42,116 bases of DNA. Origin: a virus (Duplodnaviria > Caudoviricetes). Location of the stretch: positions 1 through 42,116 of the IMG/VR virus record IMGVR_UViG_3300033232_000031. One strand, written 5' to 3'. Positions within the stretch are counted from its first letter, which is position 1; each line of letters begins with the position of its first letter. Below the pieces are notes generated by a model. That model was not told the DNA's origin. It saw nothing but the letters and a program-made list of their open reading frames with translations, and did not search any database. Shown piece after piece: positions 27,201 to 35,365 of the stretch. Made by a program: the position numbers and the translations under genes.

Positions 27201-28601
27201 AAGGAAATTCGTCCATTTTATCATAAGATGGAGGACGCGCTGATTCACTACGCTCATGCAGCAGTGGAGGATATTGCCGAAGCGAAGTTCTTCGGGAAGG
27301 ATCTGCGGGTGTCCAAGCGAGACGGACAGTCCTACACTAATCTGGATAATTCCATTGGCGCCCTGACTCACCGGGCGATGGAAGAAGGGCGGATGACTCC
27401 TGAGCAGGCGGTGGAAGTACAAGCAGTTCTGCGCGCTCGTTTCGGCAAGGGAAAGCAGGCACCTAGCGGTTGGCTGCAGGATGTACGGAACGTCTCCGGC
27501 ATCGGGCTGCTCGGCCAGATCGGATCTGGGTTGATCCAGACTTCAGAAGGGTTATTATCCACTTACCATCACGGCATTCGCCCGGCGGTGGAAGCCGCCG
27601 GAACGCTAATCGCTCGCAGGGGAATTAAGCCCTCCGAGTTCGGCTTGGCCAATCACGTTATTGAGGAAGTTATTGGCAAGCGCCCCTCAGGACAGGCGCT
27701 CAGTGCAGTTCTTAAGGCCAACCTGCTTGCTGCCCTGGACCAGCTTGGTATGGCACAGAACTTGACTGCTAGCTTTATCAAGAACAAGCGACTGGCTCAG
27801 ACAGCCTCGGGCCAAGCGAAGCTGATGGAAAAGTGGAGCGCAGACTACGGCCCTGATATGCCTCAGCTTATTAAGGAGTTACAAAGCTCTACGACGAAGG
27901 CGCGGACTCCTCTGGTCGATTCGTTGCTGTACCAAGAACTATCCGACATCCGCCCGACTTCTCGGATGGAGGCGACTGAGCTATACAACGCCCACCCAAA
28001 TGCTCGTCTGATGTACCATCTGAAACAGTTTATGCTGACCCAGGCGGATGTACTGTACAGGGACTCATATGCGAAGATTAAATCAGGCGACCCTAAAAAG
28101 GTAGCAGTTGGACTGAAAAACCTCGCCCTGTACTCCGCAGCTTTGTCCGTTGCGGTTGTACCTTCAGACGCGATTAAGAGTTGGCTTATGGGGCGGGGCC
28201 TTCAACTCGACAAGATCGATTATGTAGATAATTTTGTCAGGAACTTCGGCCTCAGTCGTTACATGGGAGAGAAGATCGCGCGTAGTAAAGATCCTGTTGC
28301 AGGGATGGCGGAGGCGGGGAGAGAGCTTGTCACACCTCCTGCGTACAGTGTCGGTAAGACGCTTGGGAAAGGAGTGAGTGACCCGAAAGAGCTGGTACCG
28401 TTAGTCCCGCTGGCCGGAAGGATTATTTATAACAGGGAATTCGGCGGGAATGAAAAGGCGGCCGCAAGGGAGAAAGCACAGGCTCGTATTGATCTTCGAA
28501 ATGCAAGGGAGGCGCGTAATCCGGCGCTTAAGGCCGCCCGGCTTCACAAGGCAGAGCTGGCGAAGAAGAAAGCTGAACGTAAAGCAAGGAGTGCAAGATG
28601 A
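24240..28601 (+). CDS. large internal virion/ejection protein (1453 aa) with embedded RpoE-like ECF sigma domain
   Basis: Position and size of a podovirus large ejection protein; ~25880-26475 encodes sigma2 DVESVVQETYAKAF...FRGDAKPYTFLHAVAHNLAKN and sigma4 LPEQQRNVFEMAEIEGLPYEDIAAQLGIPIGTVRSTLSRARE. Confidence 0.85.
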   Translation: MATYLDESFMTGGTPETATTPAKPMRGALTEYFMTGAPEVVESPSLWERFTASQDRGMEVLQRPATPELWGGEARGQAAQPDLKSKRGLDQFGQEVKALSNMLVGLPGGLAGVGMDIGSRISSLAIGEDPKAAGLRARATAENTNELWTKITGALGLHQEAPGSNIEALMGKGMEVTDVWGEQAEAETGGVVTKETVQSVRDTILNSLGLRGLRMAGVAKGRAPKPGQGTADALSADAAIRQSKARVAETAAAKVMEEVAAGTAKAETVAKVTEEALKNRSPLEEAWAGKKLKTEAEASPAWDAMVKGLVEPEPMPAPQGPGLTPKTRLAEPTVLGKGPDPIVTGMDKLRKGLLLSNAEAKAIRRLGQGESLLAVEPVAPPRATFGERLAAPLPPRGPGVVPKTRMTEGVSIAKEAPVPVVELHGVVERLVDSGVAKLQRGELVSAAEAKAIRALKPLPEQGVIVGPNGKPYFQRGRVDPALLKVLGLMGVGAVAGTALYNWWQSSGGLSEDNANELKAPGISTEQAATLAAGLMGATVLRKAPTIFDKMSTSELVSAMKAGGKEAEGAARAIHDETRSRLERSLYTYEGKIDVESVVQETYAKAFEAMAKGEFRGDAKPYTFLHAVAHNLAKNAARDKKVTPEATARSRVEGPEGEVIDIADTLTSEATRTPEQLLQNQQMVGKMQAAIDKLPEQQRNVFEMAEIEGLPYEDIAAQLGIPIGTVRSTLSRAREGLQKSLQEYKPESQSGKINQDLLEAAGLAAGVAVIGANMADDGSKGALIGALTGLVGKGLYGTGPGRAAVMRGTTRLMEVLPELRRASREMELASSKEVAAASEAISSLIKPAKKLAKEQYAKLDEAYTTSDPSALAEVIKGNSELEVGYLKVREFLKKTETQLKGFGRFKEGIPDFLPLMVKDYKGLMEVLGREVRTGLEDYLSRANMKSLKERGTGLNEVEKSLLVNDYLIRDPATSYLPGFAKHRRLKMTKEIRPFYHKMEDALIHYAHAAVEDIAEAKFFGKDLRVSKRDGQSYTNLDNSIGALTHRAMEEGRMTPEQAVEVQAVLRARFGKGKQAPSGWLQDVRNVSGIGLLGQIGSGLIQTSEGLLSTYHHGIRPAVEAAGTLIARRGIKPSEFGLANHVIEEVIGKRPSGQALSAVLKANLLAALDQLGMAQNLTASFIKNKRLAQTASGQAKLMEKWSADYGPDMPQLIKELQSSTTKARTPLVDSLLYQELSDIRPTSRMEATELYNAHPNARLMYHLKQFMLTQADVLYRDSYAKIKSGDPKKVAVGLKNLALYSAALSVAVVPSDAIKSWLMGRGLQLDKIDYVDNFVRNFGLSRYMGEKIARSKDPVAGMAEAGRELVTPPAYSVGKTLGKGVSDPKELVPLVPLAGRIIYNREFGGNEKAAAREKAQARIDLRNAREARNPALKAARLHKAELAKKKAERKARSAR

Positions 28602-29188
28602 CTGGACGCGCGGACTTTTGGGCGAGCGGAGACTGGAACGCCGTCTGCTATGAATGTGGCAGGAAGCGGAAGGCCTCTACGCTGAAGAGGAATTGGCAAG
28701 GGTACTACGTTTGCGCGGAGCATTGGGAGCCTCGGCAACCACAGGACTTTGTCAGGTCAGTCCCTGATGTTATTACACCTCCGTGGGCACAGCCGCCGAG
28801 TGATGTGTTTAAGCCATGGAATTATACTCCCCGATTCTTAGAAAATGTCAATCTTCGTGGCGGTATAGCTGCTTACATGGAAACTTATGCAGACTACTTT
28901 GCAGAAGACTATTTAGTTAATGTAGCTACCCCGGAGATTAGTTTAATATTTGATGCACAAAGACTGTTTAACGATTCCTTATTTGTGGAAGAAGAGTTGT
29001 TAAATATTAACTTTGTTAAATCTCTAGCCGAGTTTGTTACGGTAACTGAAACTGTAGCATTTATGCGCAAAAAAGACGTGACGGATACTCTTTCTTTAAG
29101 CGAGGCTGGATCTATCTGGAATTTAAATTATGTCGATCCGACCTATTTTGAGTCTGATTATGTTGGTGAGTTGTTGATAACTTTTTAA
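28598..29188 (+). CDS. phage protein with N-terminal Cys/His Zn-ribbon
   Basis: CYECG...W.G..VC..HWEPRQPQDFV; YFAEDY/YFESDYV repeats. Confidence 0.7.
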   Translation: MTGRADFWASGDWNAVCYECGRKRKASTLKRNWQGYYVCAEHWEPRQPQDFVRSVPDVITPPWAQPPSDVFKPWNYTPRFLENVNLRGGIAAYMETYADYFAEDYLVNVATPEISLIFDAQRLFNDSLFVEEELLNINFVKSLAEFVTVTETVAFMRKKDVTDTLSLSEAGSIWNLNYVDPTYFESDYVGELLITF

Positions 29189-29197
29189 GGAGTTGAA

Positions 29198-29638
29198 ATG
29201 AGAGATGATTTTAAGATTTTAGGTGCTGTAGCACTTACTTTGTGGGGGGCAGATGGAAAGCTAAAAGAGCGGCGTAAATTTAAAAACTTAGTTGTTTCAA
29301 CTGGATTACAACTTGCCGCACAAGCATTAGGTAATGGAACAATTACTCCAATTACAGATGTAGCTGTTGGAACCGATGCGACTGCTCCTGTCCCCGGACA
29401 GACGGCATTGTTAGCAGAGCTTGAACGCACGGCTCTTATAGATACTGTCGTTACAGGTTCAATTATAACGTATACGACTACTTTTGGCCCAGGCATTGGT
29501 ACTGGTGCACTTGTTGAAGCTGGGCTATTTAATGCCGCAATTGGAGGCATTATGCTGTCTCGGGTAACTTTTCCGGTTATTAATAAGGCAGCTAGTGACA
29601 CACTTGGGGTTACCTGGACTCTTACGTTAGGAGCTTAA
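29198..29638 (+). CDS. tail/tail-fibre-associated protein
   Basis: NLVV.TG, AVGT, EAGLFNAA.GG.MLSR..F.VINK...DTL.VTW pattern. Confidence 0.75.
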   Translation: MRDDFKILGAVALTLWGADGKLKERRKFKNLVVSTGLQLAAQALGNGTITPITDVAVGTDATAPVPGQTALLAELERTALIDTVVTGSIITYTTTFGPGIGTGALVEAGLFNAAIGGIMLSRVTFPVINKAASDTLGVTWTLTLGA

Positions 29639-29641
29639 GCC

Positions 29642-30940
29642 ATGACTATTATTGTTACACGAGCGGGGAAAGGAAGTCCTCTCACAAATACTGAGATGGA
29701 TACGAATCTCATAAATCTTAACACTGGAAAAGTAGAAACAACCGGCAACGAAACCATTGCCGGCATAAAGACATTTACCAGCGCAATTGCCGGGGATATT
29801 ACCGGCAATGCAGCAACAGCTACCACAGCTACCACAGCTACCACAGCAGAAGCCTGTACAGGTAACGCAGCAACAGCTACGTTTGCAAATGCATCGTCCG
29901 GTACGTTCCTTAAAGCCGACCCAACCGCCACCGCCTTCACTAAAACAGGCGCCGGAGCCGCCAGCATCAAAGCAGGCACCATCGTCGATGTAGCTGGCAC
30001 CACTATCACATTCACCAGCGCTACCGCCATCACCATGCCTACGCTGACGGCAGGTACTGACTATGCTGTTTGGGTCACGCCTGCCGGGGCTGTGCAAGCT
30101 GTGGCCGACCCCTATAGCGCACCAGCTACGCCGCCAGTGACTGGTGCACGCAAAATTGGTGGATTCCATTATGGATTAGTAGCACCCGGTACAACCGTTG
30201 CTGGCGGCTCATTTGCCACCACTGGCAGCGGCATGATCTGGACGCAACCCAATGTGGATGCTATTGCGGGTATTGATGAGTTTAGTTTTTGGGATTTAAA
30301 GTTTCGCTGTGCTGGCGAGCAACGTGGCATGGCATTTGACCCCTATGCCAAGTGCTGGGCAGCTATTTACTGGTGCAGCTCAAATCACATTGCTAATGGC
30401 ATTAGCGCCTACAACACCGACGTGGCCAGCGGCACAGTGTTGCCACGCATTCCATTGGCTTATGGCGGCAATGGCACTGCCGCGTATAACAATGGCAACT
30501 GGTGGACTTTTAACGAGATAGCTGCCTCATTCGGCCTGCGCCTGCCAACCGAGCGTGAGTTCATCAGTGCTGCTTACGGGGTGACAGAAAACCAGTCGCT
30601 AGGGGGAGCAAGCGTCACCATCCCGAGCACAGCAAGGCAAGCAGGCTATACCAGCCGCATTGGGCTTGAGCAGACAACAGGCCATATTTGGACTTGGGGT
30701 GCAGATAGTTCGACACGTTGGGACGGTGGTGCAACACCGTGGGCTTGGCGCAACGTTAACGGTGGCCGAGGTCAAGTTTATTTGTATGGCGACGTCAATC
30801 TGGTGCGGGTCTTGATGGGTGGCAGCCGCGGCAACGCTGCGTTCTCCGGCTCGCGGGCTGCCTACTGGAGCAACTATCCGTGGGCCTCGGGCTGGCTCAT
30901 TGGCCTGCGCGCCTTCGGTGACCACTTGCTGCTTGTCTGA
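29642..30940 (+). CDS. DGR target: tail fibre / major tropism determinant-like protein with C-terminal CLec-type variable region
   Basis: Fibre N-terminus (TRAGKGSPLT), RKIGGFHY, LRLPTEREF, C-terminal GGS.....SGSR...W...PW......GLR; 3' end matches TR. Confidence 0.92.
   Translation: MTIIVTRAGKGSPLTNTEMDTNLINLNTGKVETTGNETIAGIKTFTSAIAGDITGNAATATTATTATTAEACTGNAATATFANASSGTFLKADPTATAFTKTGAGAASIKAGTIVDVAGTTITFTSATAITMPTLTAGTDYAVWVTPAGAVQAVADPYSAPATPPVTGARKIGGFHYGLVAPGTTVAGGSFATTGSGMIWTQPNVDAIAGIDEFSFWDLKFRCAGEQRGMAFDPYAKCWAAIYWCSSNHIANGISAYNTDVASGTVLPRIPLAYGGNGTAAYNNGNWWTFNEIAASFGLRLPTEREFISAAYGVTENQSLGGASVTIPSTARQAGYTSRIGLEQTTGHIWTWGADSSTRWDGGATPWAWRNVNGGRGQVYLYGDVNLVRVLMGGSRGNAAFSGSRAAYWSNYPWASGWLIGLRAFGDHLLLV
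30819..30921 (+). repeat. DGR variable region (VR)
   Basis: 103-bp ungapped match to 31355-31457; 11 of 14 mismatches fall at TR adenines. Confidence 0.95.
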
Positions 30941-30942
30941 GG

Positions 30943-30954
30943 CGGCGCAAGCCG
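30943..30954 (+). other. DGR target-recognition hairpin downstream of VR
   Basis: CGGC-GCAA-GCCG immediately after the target stop codon. Confidence 0.6.
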
Positions 30955-30967
30955 ACGGGATTAAACA

Positions 30968-31354
30968 ATGGATAAATCAGACCACACCGGCAAATCAGAG
31001 CCCAAAGTGACAATGGCAATCATTGAGCGCTTTGATGGCTTTGTGAACTACCTGTACCCCATGTTGACCAACACCAGCAGGCAGCACCGCGTGATGCGTG
31101 ACACCTTGCTGGCAACCATGTTTCAACAGTACAGGTTGTTTCACGGTGCGGGAAAAAGCAACCAGGTGTCGCGCTTGTACGAAGCGGACGCTGGCATGGC
31201 TTATCTGAGAGAGCTTTTGCGCTTTATGGCAGGGCCTGACCGCAAGCTGGTGTCGCGTCGTCAATACGAGGTGGCCTCTGTCCATCTTGCAGAGACAGGT
31301 GCCATGCTTGGGGCTTGGATCAAGTCAGCGCAAAAGAGGTCGGGAGGGGGCTAA
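30968..31354 (+). CDS. avd: DGR accessory variability determinant (Avd, four-helix bundle)
   Basis: 128 aa between VR and TR; YLYP, LYEADAG...LR.LLR, ETGAMLGAWIK motifs. Confidence 0.9.
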   Translation: MDKSDHTGKSEPKVTMAIIERFDGFVNYLYPMLTNTSRQHRVMRDTLLATMFQQYRLFHGAGKSNQVSRLYEADAGMAYLRELLRFMAGPDRKLVSRRQYEVASVHLAETGAMLGAWIKSAQKRSGGG

Positions 31355-31457
31355 GTGGCAACCGCAACAACGCTGCGTTCTCCGGCTCTCGGGCTTCCAA
31401 CTGGAACAACTATCCGTGGAACTCGAACTGGAACATTGGCTTGCGCGCCTTCGGTGA
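31355..31457 (+). ncRNA. DGR template region (TR)
   Basis: Nine AAC triplets in the VR reading frame; lies between avd and RT. Confidence 0.95.
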
Positions 31458-31612
31458 TGATGAAATCAAAGGAATACGCACCTGGTGCTGCTACGGCGTC
31501 ACCGGGCGACCTGAAGTTTTATGGTCAGCCTCGCCCGGCCTGCTTTGGCAAACACACTAAGAGGTTCAGAGAGCGGGGAGTAGGGCTTTGCCTGAAAGCC
31601 GCGCTGACATTT

Positions 31613-32596
31613 ATGGGAACCAAACACAAAAACTTATTTGAGCAAATCACGGCACCAGATAACCTGTGGGCCGCTTACCGAAAAGCATCTTTGGGTAAGC
31701 GCCAAACCTTGGGTTATCTGATGTTTCGCCAGAATGAGGCGGCTAATCTGCATTATTTGCGCGAGTCTTTGGTAGATGGAAGCTACAGACCAGGGATGCC
31801 ACGCACGTTCATGGTGTATGAGCCAAAGCAGCGCGAAATATCGGCTTTGCCGTTTCTTGACCGGGTTGCCCAGCACGCGTTGTGCGGCATCATTGAGCCG
31901 ATATTTGACAAAATATTCATGCCACAAAGTTACGCATGTCGCATAGGGAGAGGCACCCATAAAGCCGCCATCACGGTGCAAGCCATGCTACGCAACGCCA
32001 TCCGCGCCGGGCACGATCCATGGGTGCTTAAAACGGATTTCTCAAAATATTTTGCCAACATTGACCGCGCAGCCCTGCACACAGAATACCGGCGCAAACT
32101 GGCGTGCCGACCCACCCTGGCGTTGCTTGAGCAATTTATTCCGCCGCGGGGATTCGGGCTACCAATTGGCAGCCTGACAAGCCAGCTTAGCGCTAATTTG
32201 TACGGGCATATTTTTGACCGCTGGTTGGTGCATCAAGTTGGCATCAGCAGGTTTGCCAGATACATGGATGACGTGGTGGTGATTGGCTATAGCCGTGAAG
32301 CCATGGCGCTGCTGCAAGCTCAGGCTGAGAGTTTTGTGACGCAACACATGGGGCTGCATTTTTCGCGCTGGAGCTTGCAGCCATGGCAGCGCGGCGTGAA
32401 CTTTTGTGGTTATCGGATATGGCCAACACACAAACTGCTGCGTCGCGCCAGTGTGGCCCGCGCCAAAACAAAACTGCGCCGCTTTCGTGAGACTGGCGAC
32501 GTCGAGACACGAGACAAGTTTCTGGTCGCATGGCGCGGCCACGCTAAATGGGCCGATGCCCGAAATTTGATGACCTACATTGGAGCCACAACATGA
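31613..32596 (+). CDS. DGR reverse transcriptase (327 aa)
   Basis: EPK.R.I.A..F.DRV.QHA, KTDFSKYF.NID, GLPIGSLTSQ (DGR-type SQ), YMDD, FCGYR; probable start MGTKHKNLF. Confidence 0.95.
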   Translation: MGTKHKNLFEQITAPDNLWAAYRKASLGKRQTLGYLMFRQNEAANLHYLRESLVDGSYRPGMPRTFMVYEPKQREISALPFLDRVAQHALCGIIEPIFDKIFMPQSYACRIGRGTHKAAITVQAMLRNAIRAGHDPWVLKTDFSKYFANIDRAALHTEYRRKLACRPTLALLEQFIPPRGFGLPIGSLTSQLSANLYGHIFDRWLVHQVGISRFARYMDDVVVIGYSREAMALLQAQAESFVTQHMGLHFSRWSLQPWQRGVNFCGYRIWPTHKLLRRASVARAKTKLRRFRETGDVETRDKFLVAWRGHAKWADARNLMTYIGATT

Positions 32597-33006
32597 CTGA
32601 TTACTACTACTACTCACCCCACACTGGAGAGCACATCGCCACCGATGCCCCCGCCGACTGGATGGGCCGTACCACCATTGCCCCGCCTAGCCATGATGCG
32701 ACACAAAGCGCCGTATTTTTTGATGGCGCTTGGACTGTAGCAGAGGCTACGCCAGAGGCGAAACCAGTGCCAGCAGTGGTCACCATGCGCCAAGCACGGC
32801 TGACACTGTTGCAGGCCGGATTACTCGGCAGTGTGAGTGCGGCGATTGCTGCCATGCCGGGTGTAGAGGGCGAAGCAGCACGGATTGAGTGGGAATACGC
32901 GCAAGAAGTGCGCCGGGATAGTGGCTTGGTGCGGTTGCTGGTGGGTGGCCTTGGTTTGACAGATGCTGAGCTGGACGCGCTGTTTACTACGGGCGCTGAA
33001 CTGTAA
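32593..33006 (+). CDS. tail fibre assembly-like protein (137 aa)
   Basis: YYYSP.TGE, F.GAW, VTMRQARL.L...GLL, IEWEYA, L....LD.LF. Confidence 0.7.
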   Translation: MTDYYYYSPHTGEHIATDAPADWMGRTTIAPPSHDATQSAVFFDGAWTVAEATPEAKPVPAVVTMRQARLTLLQAGLLGSVSAAIAAMPGVEGEAARIEWEYAQEVRRDSGLVRLLVGGLGLTDAELDALFTTGAEL

Positions 33007-33233
33007 TGTTCAACGCGCTGATCTGGCTTGACGTAACGCTGTGGCGCTGGGTTACGCGTGGCCGCTACCCGGTGGGCGAGACGGCATCAGCGGCGGCATG
33101 GCGTATTAAACTCCAAGGACGTAAACGTGGAGAAATAGCTGTATGGCTAATTGATACACTATTCAGACCATGGCAGGTTAATCACTGTGAAGATGCTTAC
33201 AAATGGCAAGCACATATTTATATGAATACTTAA
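33006..33233 (+). CDS. hypothetical phage protein (75 aa)
   Basis: GET.SA.AWR...ID.LF.PW...HC..AY pattern; TAATG coupling. Confidence 0.7.
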   Translation: MFNALIWLDVTLWRWVTRGRYPVGETASAAAWRIKLQGRKRGEIAVWLIDTLFRPWQVNHCEDAYKWQAHIYMNT

Positions 33234-33343
33234 TGCATTAGATACTTTTTAGTATGCAGGTTAATTAGTAATATTATGAGTATTGTCGTAAAGCTCTTAT
33301 ATATACGTTATCAACCCGACAAAGCAAAGTAAGTAAATATATT

Positions 33344-33604
33344 ATGAGTTCAGAAACTGATGCACAACTTGTAGAACGAAGACTACATGATCTTCATGCG
33401 CAACATGCTACTGAGACAGATTTGGCTTTGCTACACCAGTGGAAAGAAACTGTTGAAGCGGATCTTAAGAAGACACAGCTTGCTATTCAAGTATTACAAG
33501 ATGAGCGTACTCATGCTTTAAAATGGGGTATTGCTACATTGGGTGCTGCAGTACTAGCAATGGGTTCGTGGATGTGGTCTTATGTGACGACACATATTAA
33601 ATGA
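33344..33604 (+). CDS. coiled-coil + TM protein (holin/XhlA-like)
   Basis: C-terminal TM KWGIATLGAAVLAMGSWMW. Confidence 0.6.
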   Translation: MSSETDAQLVERRLHDLHAQHATETDLALLHQWKETVEADLKKTQLAIQVLQDERTHALKWGIATLGAAVLAMGSWMWSYVTTHIK

Positions 33605-33720
33605 GTAGGCTATTCAGTTCTATTAAAGTATTTCAAGCATTACTTGTACTATTTGTAATTATGATAATTATCAGTGCAACTATTCTTTGGATTATTCCTC
33701 TTGATAGCCAAGGCCCATAA
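33601..33720 (+). CDS. small membrane peptide (39 aa)
   Basis: MSRLFSSIKVFQALLVLFVIMIIISATILWIIPLDSQGP. Confidence 0.4.
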   Translation: MSRLFSSIKVFQALLVLFVIMIIISATILWIIPLDSQGP

Positions 33721-33863
33721 GCTATTCAAAGTAAAATGAAAGATATTGGTGCTGAAAACACTGGCTTCTAGAATATTACTAATAAACTCTAAGGAAACCA
33801 CATGAATGAATATCAAAACTATCTGGCGCGGCTAAAGAAGTTCTGGGATTTCTGGGGCAGACT

Positions 33864-34091
33864 ATGACACTTACTGATAACTGGAAGGCTATTCTTATTA
33901 AAGCATGGTCAATTCGCTTGATCATCCTGTCTGGTTTACTTTCAGGCATTGAGTTTGCAATGCCATCTATTATTACTTTTATTGAACCACTTGATTTAGT
34001 CCCTAAAGGTTCATTTGCATTATTGGCAGTTCTAGTAAGTGCTAGTGCAGCTATTGCCAGGGTTATTGCACAACCCCAGGCTGAAATATGA
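33864..34091 (+). CDS. holin
   Basis: Two TM segments; L..NWK..L..AWS.RL and ARVIAQ motifs; precedes endolysin. Confidence 0.75.
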   Translation: MTLTDNWKAILIKAWSIRLIILSGLLSGIEFAMPSIITFIEPLDLVPKGSFALLAVLVSASAAIARVIAQPQAEI

Positions 34092-34606
34092 AAATACCCC
34101 GTACCGCAGTAGCTACCCTGGTACTCAGCGTATCTGGTTTCTTGGCTTTGGTTATGCAAGAGAATTATGTTGAGCAAGCCATGATTCCTGCTAAGAATGA
34201 TCGACCTACTCTTGGTTTTGGCTCTACTTTTCATGAAGATGGTCGTGCAGTTAAACTTGGTGAGAAAACAGACCCAGTTAGGGCATTAATTAAAGCCAAG
34301 GCCCATATTGATAGAGAAGAAATATCTTTTCGTGCATCGCTTCCAAATGTTTTTCTATATCAGCCAGAATATGACTTGTATATGGATTGGGTGTACCAAT
34401 ACGGCACTGGAGCTTGGTGGAACTCTTCAATTAGAAAGAATTTACTGGTAAGTAACTACCAAGGTGCATGTGATGCTCTATTGAAGTTTCGTTTTATGGG
34501 TAAGTATGATTGTTCTACTTTAGTAGCGGGTAAACCAAATAAGCGTTGTTATGGCGTATGGACAAGACAATTAAAAAGGCATAAAGAATGTATGAGTTTT
34601 CAATGA
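34088..34606 (+). CDS. SAR-type endolysin (GH24 lysozyme)
   Basis: N-terminal weakly hydrophobic anchor, then QE...NDRPTLGFGST; YQYG.GA, ACDALL, C.GVW.R. Confidence 0.85.
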   Translation: MKIPRTAVATLVLSVSGFLALVMQENYVEQAMIPAKNDRPTLGFGSTFHEDGRAVKLGEKTDPVRALIKAKAHIDREEISFRASLPNVFLYQPEYDLYMDWVYQYGTGAWWNSSIRKNLLVSNYQGACDALLKFRFMGKYDCSTLVAGKPNKRCYGVWTRQLKRHKECMSFQ

Positions 34607-34726
34607 AAAGCGGGCTAAGAAAAATTACTGCAAAAGCGAAAGAACGCTGCGAGAAAAAAAGTTTACAAGAGCAATTAGAAGAGTTGCGTCGGGAATTACA
34701 GCATAAGGCTAATAATAAACCACAAA

Positions 34727-34912
34727 ATGAAAACATCTGAGCAACGCCTACACGATAACCAGCGGATAAAAGTAAAGCGTGCTAAACAGCAGAGTGATCC
34801 TGGCTACTACGACACGCCAGCATCCTGTAGCTGTCCTATGTGCGGTAACCCACGCAAATGGTTTAATAAGCGCAGTATTCAAGAACAACGCTTTATGCAG
34901 GATATTGGATGA
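34727..34912 (+). CDS. small Cys-rich protein (61 aa)
   Basis: TP..CSCPMCGNPRK motif. Confidence 0.6.
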   Translation: MKTSEQRLHDNQRIKVKRAKQQSDPGYYDTPASCSCPMCGNPRKWFNKRSIQEQRFMQDIG

Positions 34913-35352
34913 CACCAACTCTAATTATGTGGGCAGGTTCCACTGTTATTGCTAGTATTGTTGGTTTTGGTTTGGCTTGGCAATTACAAGCAGGAAATAT
35001 TACTGAAATTGAACTAAAGGCAACTAATGATCAACTTTCCCTCCAACGTGAGAACCTCAAGGCAGCAGAAGGATACACAGAGAAGCTGGCAGCTATTCAA
35101 AAACGTTCAACGGTTCGCGCATCTAAGCTTCGTGTTCGGATTGCTTCTGCTACTAATGCTGGCAACGGGTTGCGCATCACAACCCAAGACAGTGTACTTA
35201 AAGCCCGTCAAGATTCAACCGTATGTTCTGACACAGCCACTACCCTTGGAGAGTTACTTACTACAGTCTCAGCGGAGCGACGAGAACTCGCAGAAGCGGC
35301 TGATCGACATGTCATCGACATCCAAGCATTAATAGAACGCCAAGCACAATAA
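34909..35352 (+). CDS. i-spanin (Rz-like)
   Basis: N-terminal TM followed by coiled coil; after endolysin. Confidence 0.7.
   Translation: MTPTLIMWAGSTVIASIVGFGLAWQLQAGNITEIELKATNDQLSLQRENLKAAEGYTEKLAAIQKRSTVRASKLRVRIASATNAGNGLRITTQDSVLKARQDSTVCSDTATTLGELLTTVSAERRELAEAADRHVIDIQALIERQAQ
35027..35332 (+). CDS. nested o-spanin lipoprotein (Rz1-like); true start probably downstream
   Basis: +1 frame within Rz; LLLLLMLATG-C lipobox followed by Pro-rich segment. Confidence 0.6.
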   Translation: MINFPSNVRTSRQQKDTQRSWQLFKNVQRFAHLSFVFGLLLLLMLATGCASQPKTVYLKPVKIQPYVLTQPLPLESYLLQSQRSDENSQKRLIDMSSTSKH

Positions 35353-35365
35353 CCTAAAGGATTAC

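Noticed and set aside
29816-29846. ACAGCTACC tandem repeat
   Set aside because: Simply encodes the TAT-TAT-TAT linker common in phage fibres
31355-31612. 413-aa RT starting at 31355 and ORF 31315..31560
   Set aside because: These read through the TR and spacer; RT homology begins at MGTKHKNLF (31613)
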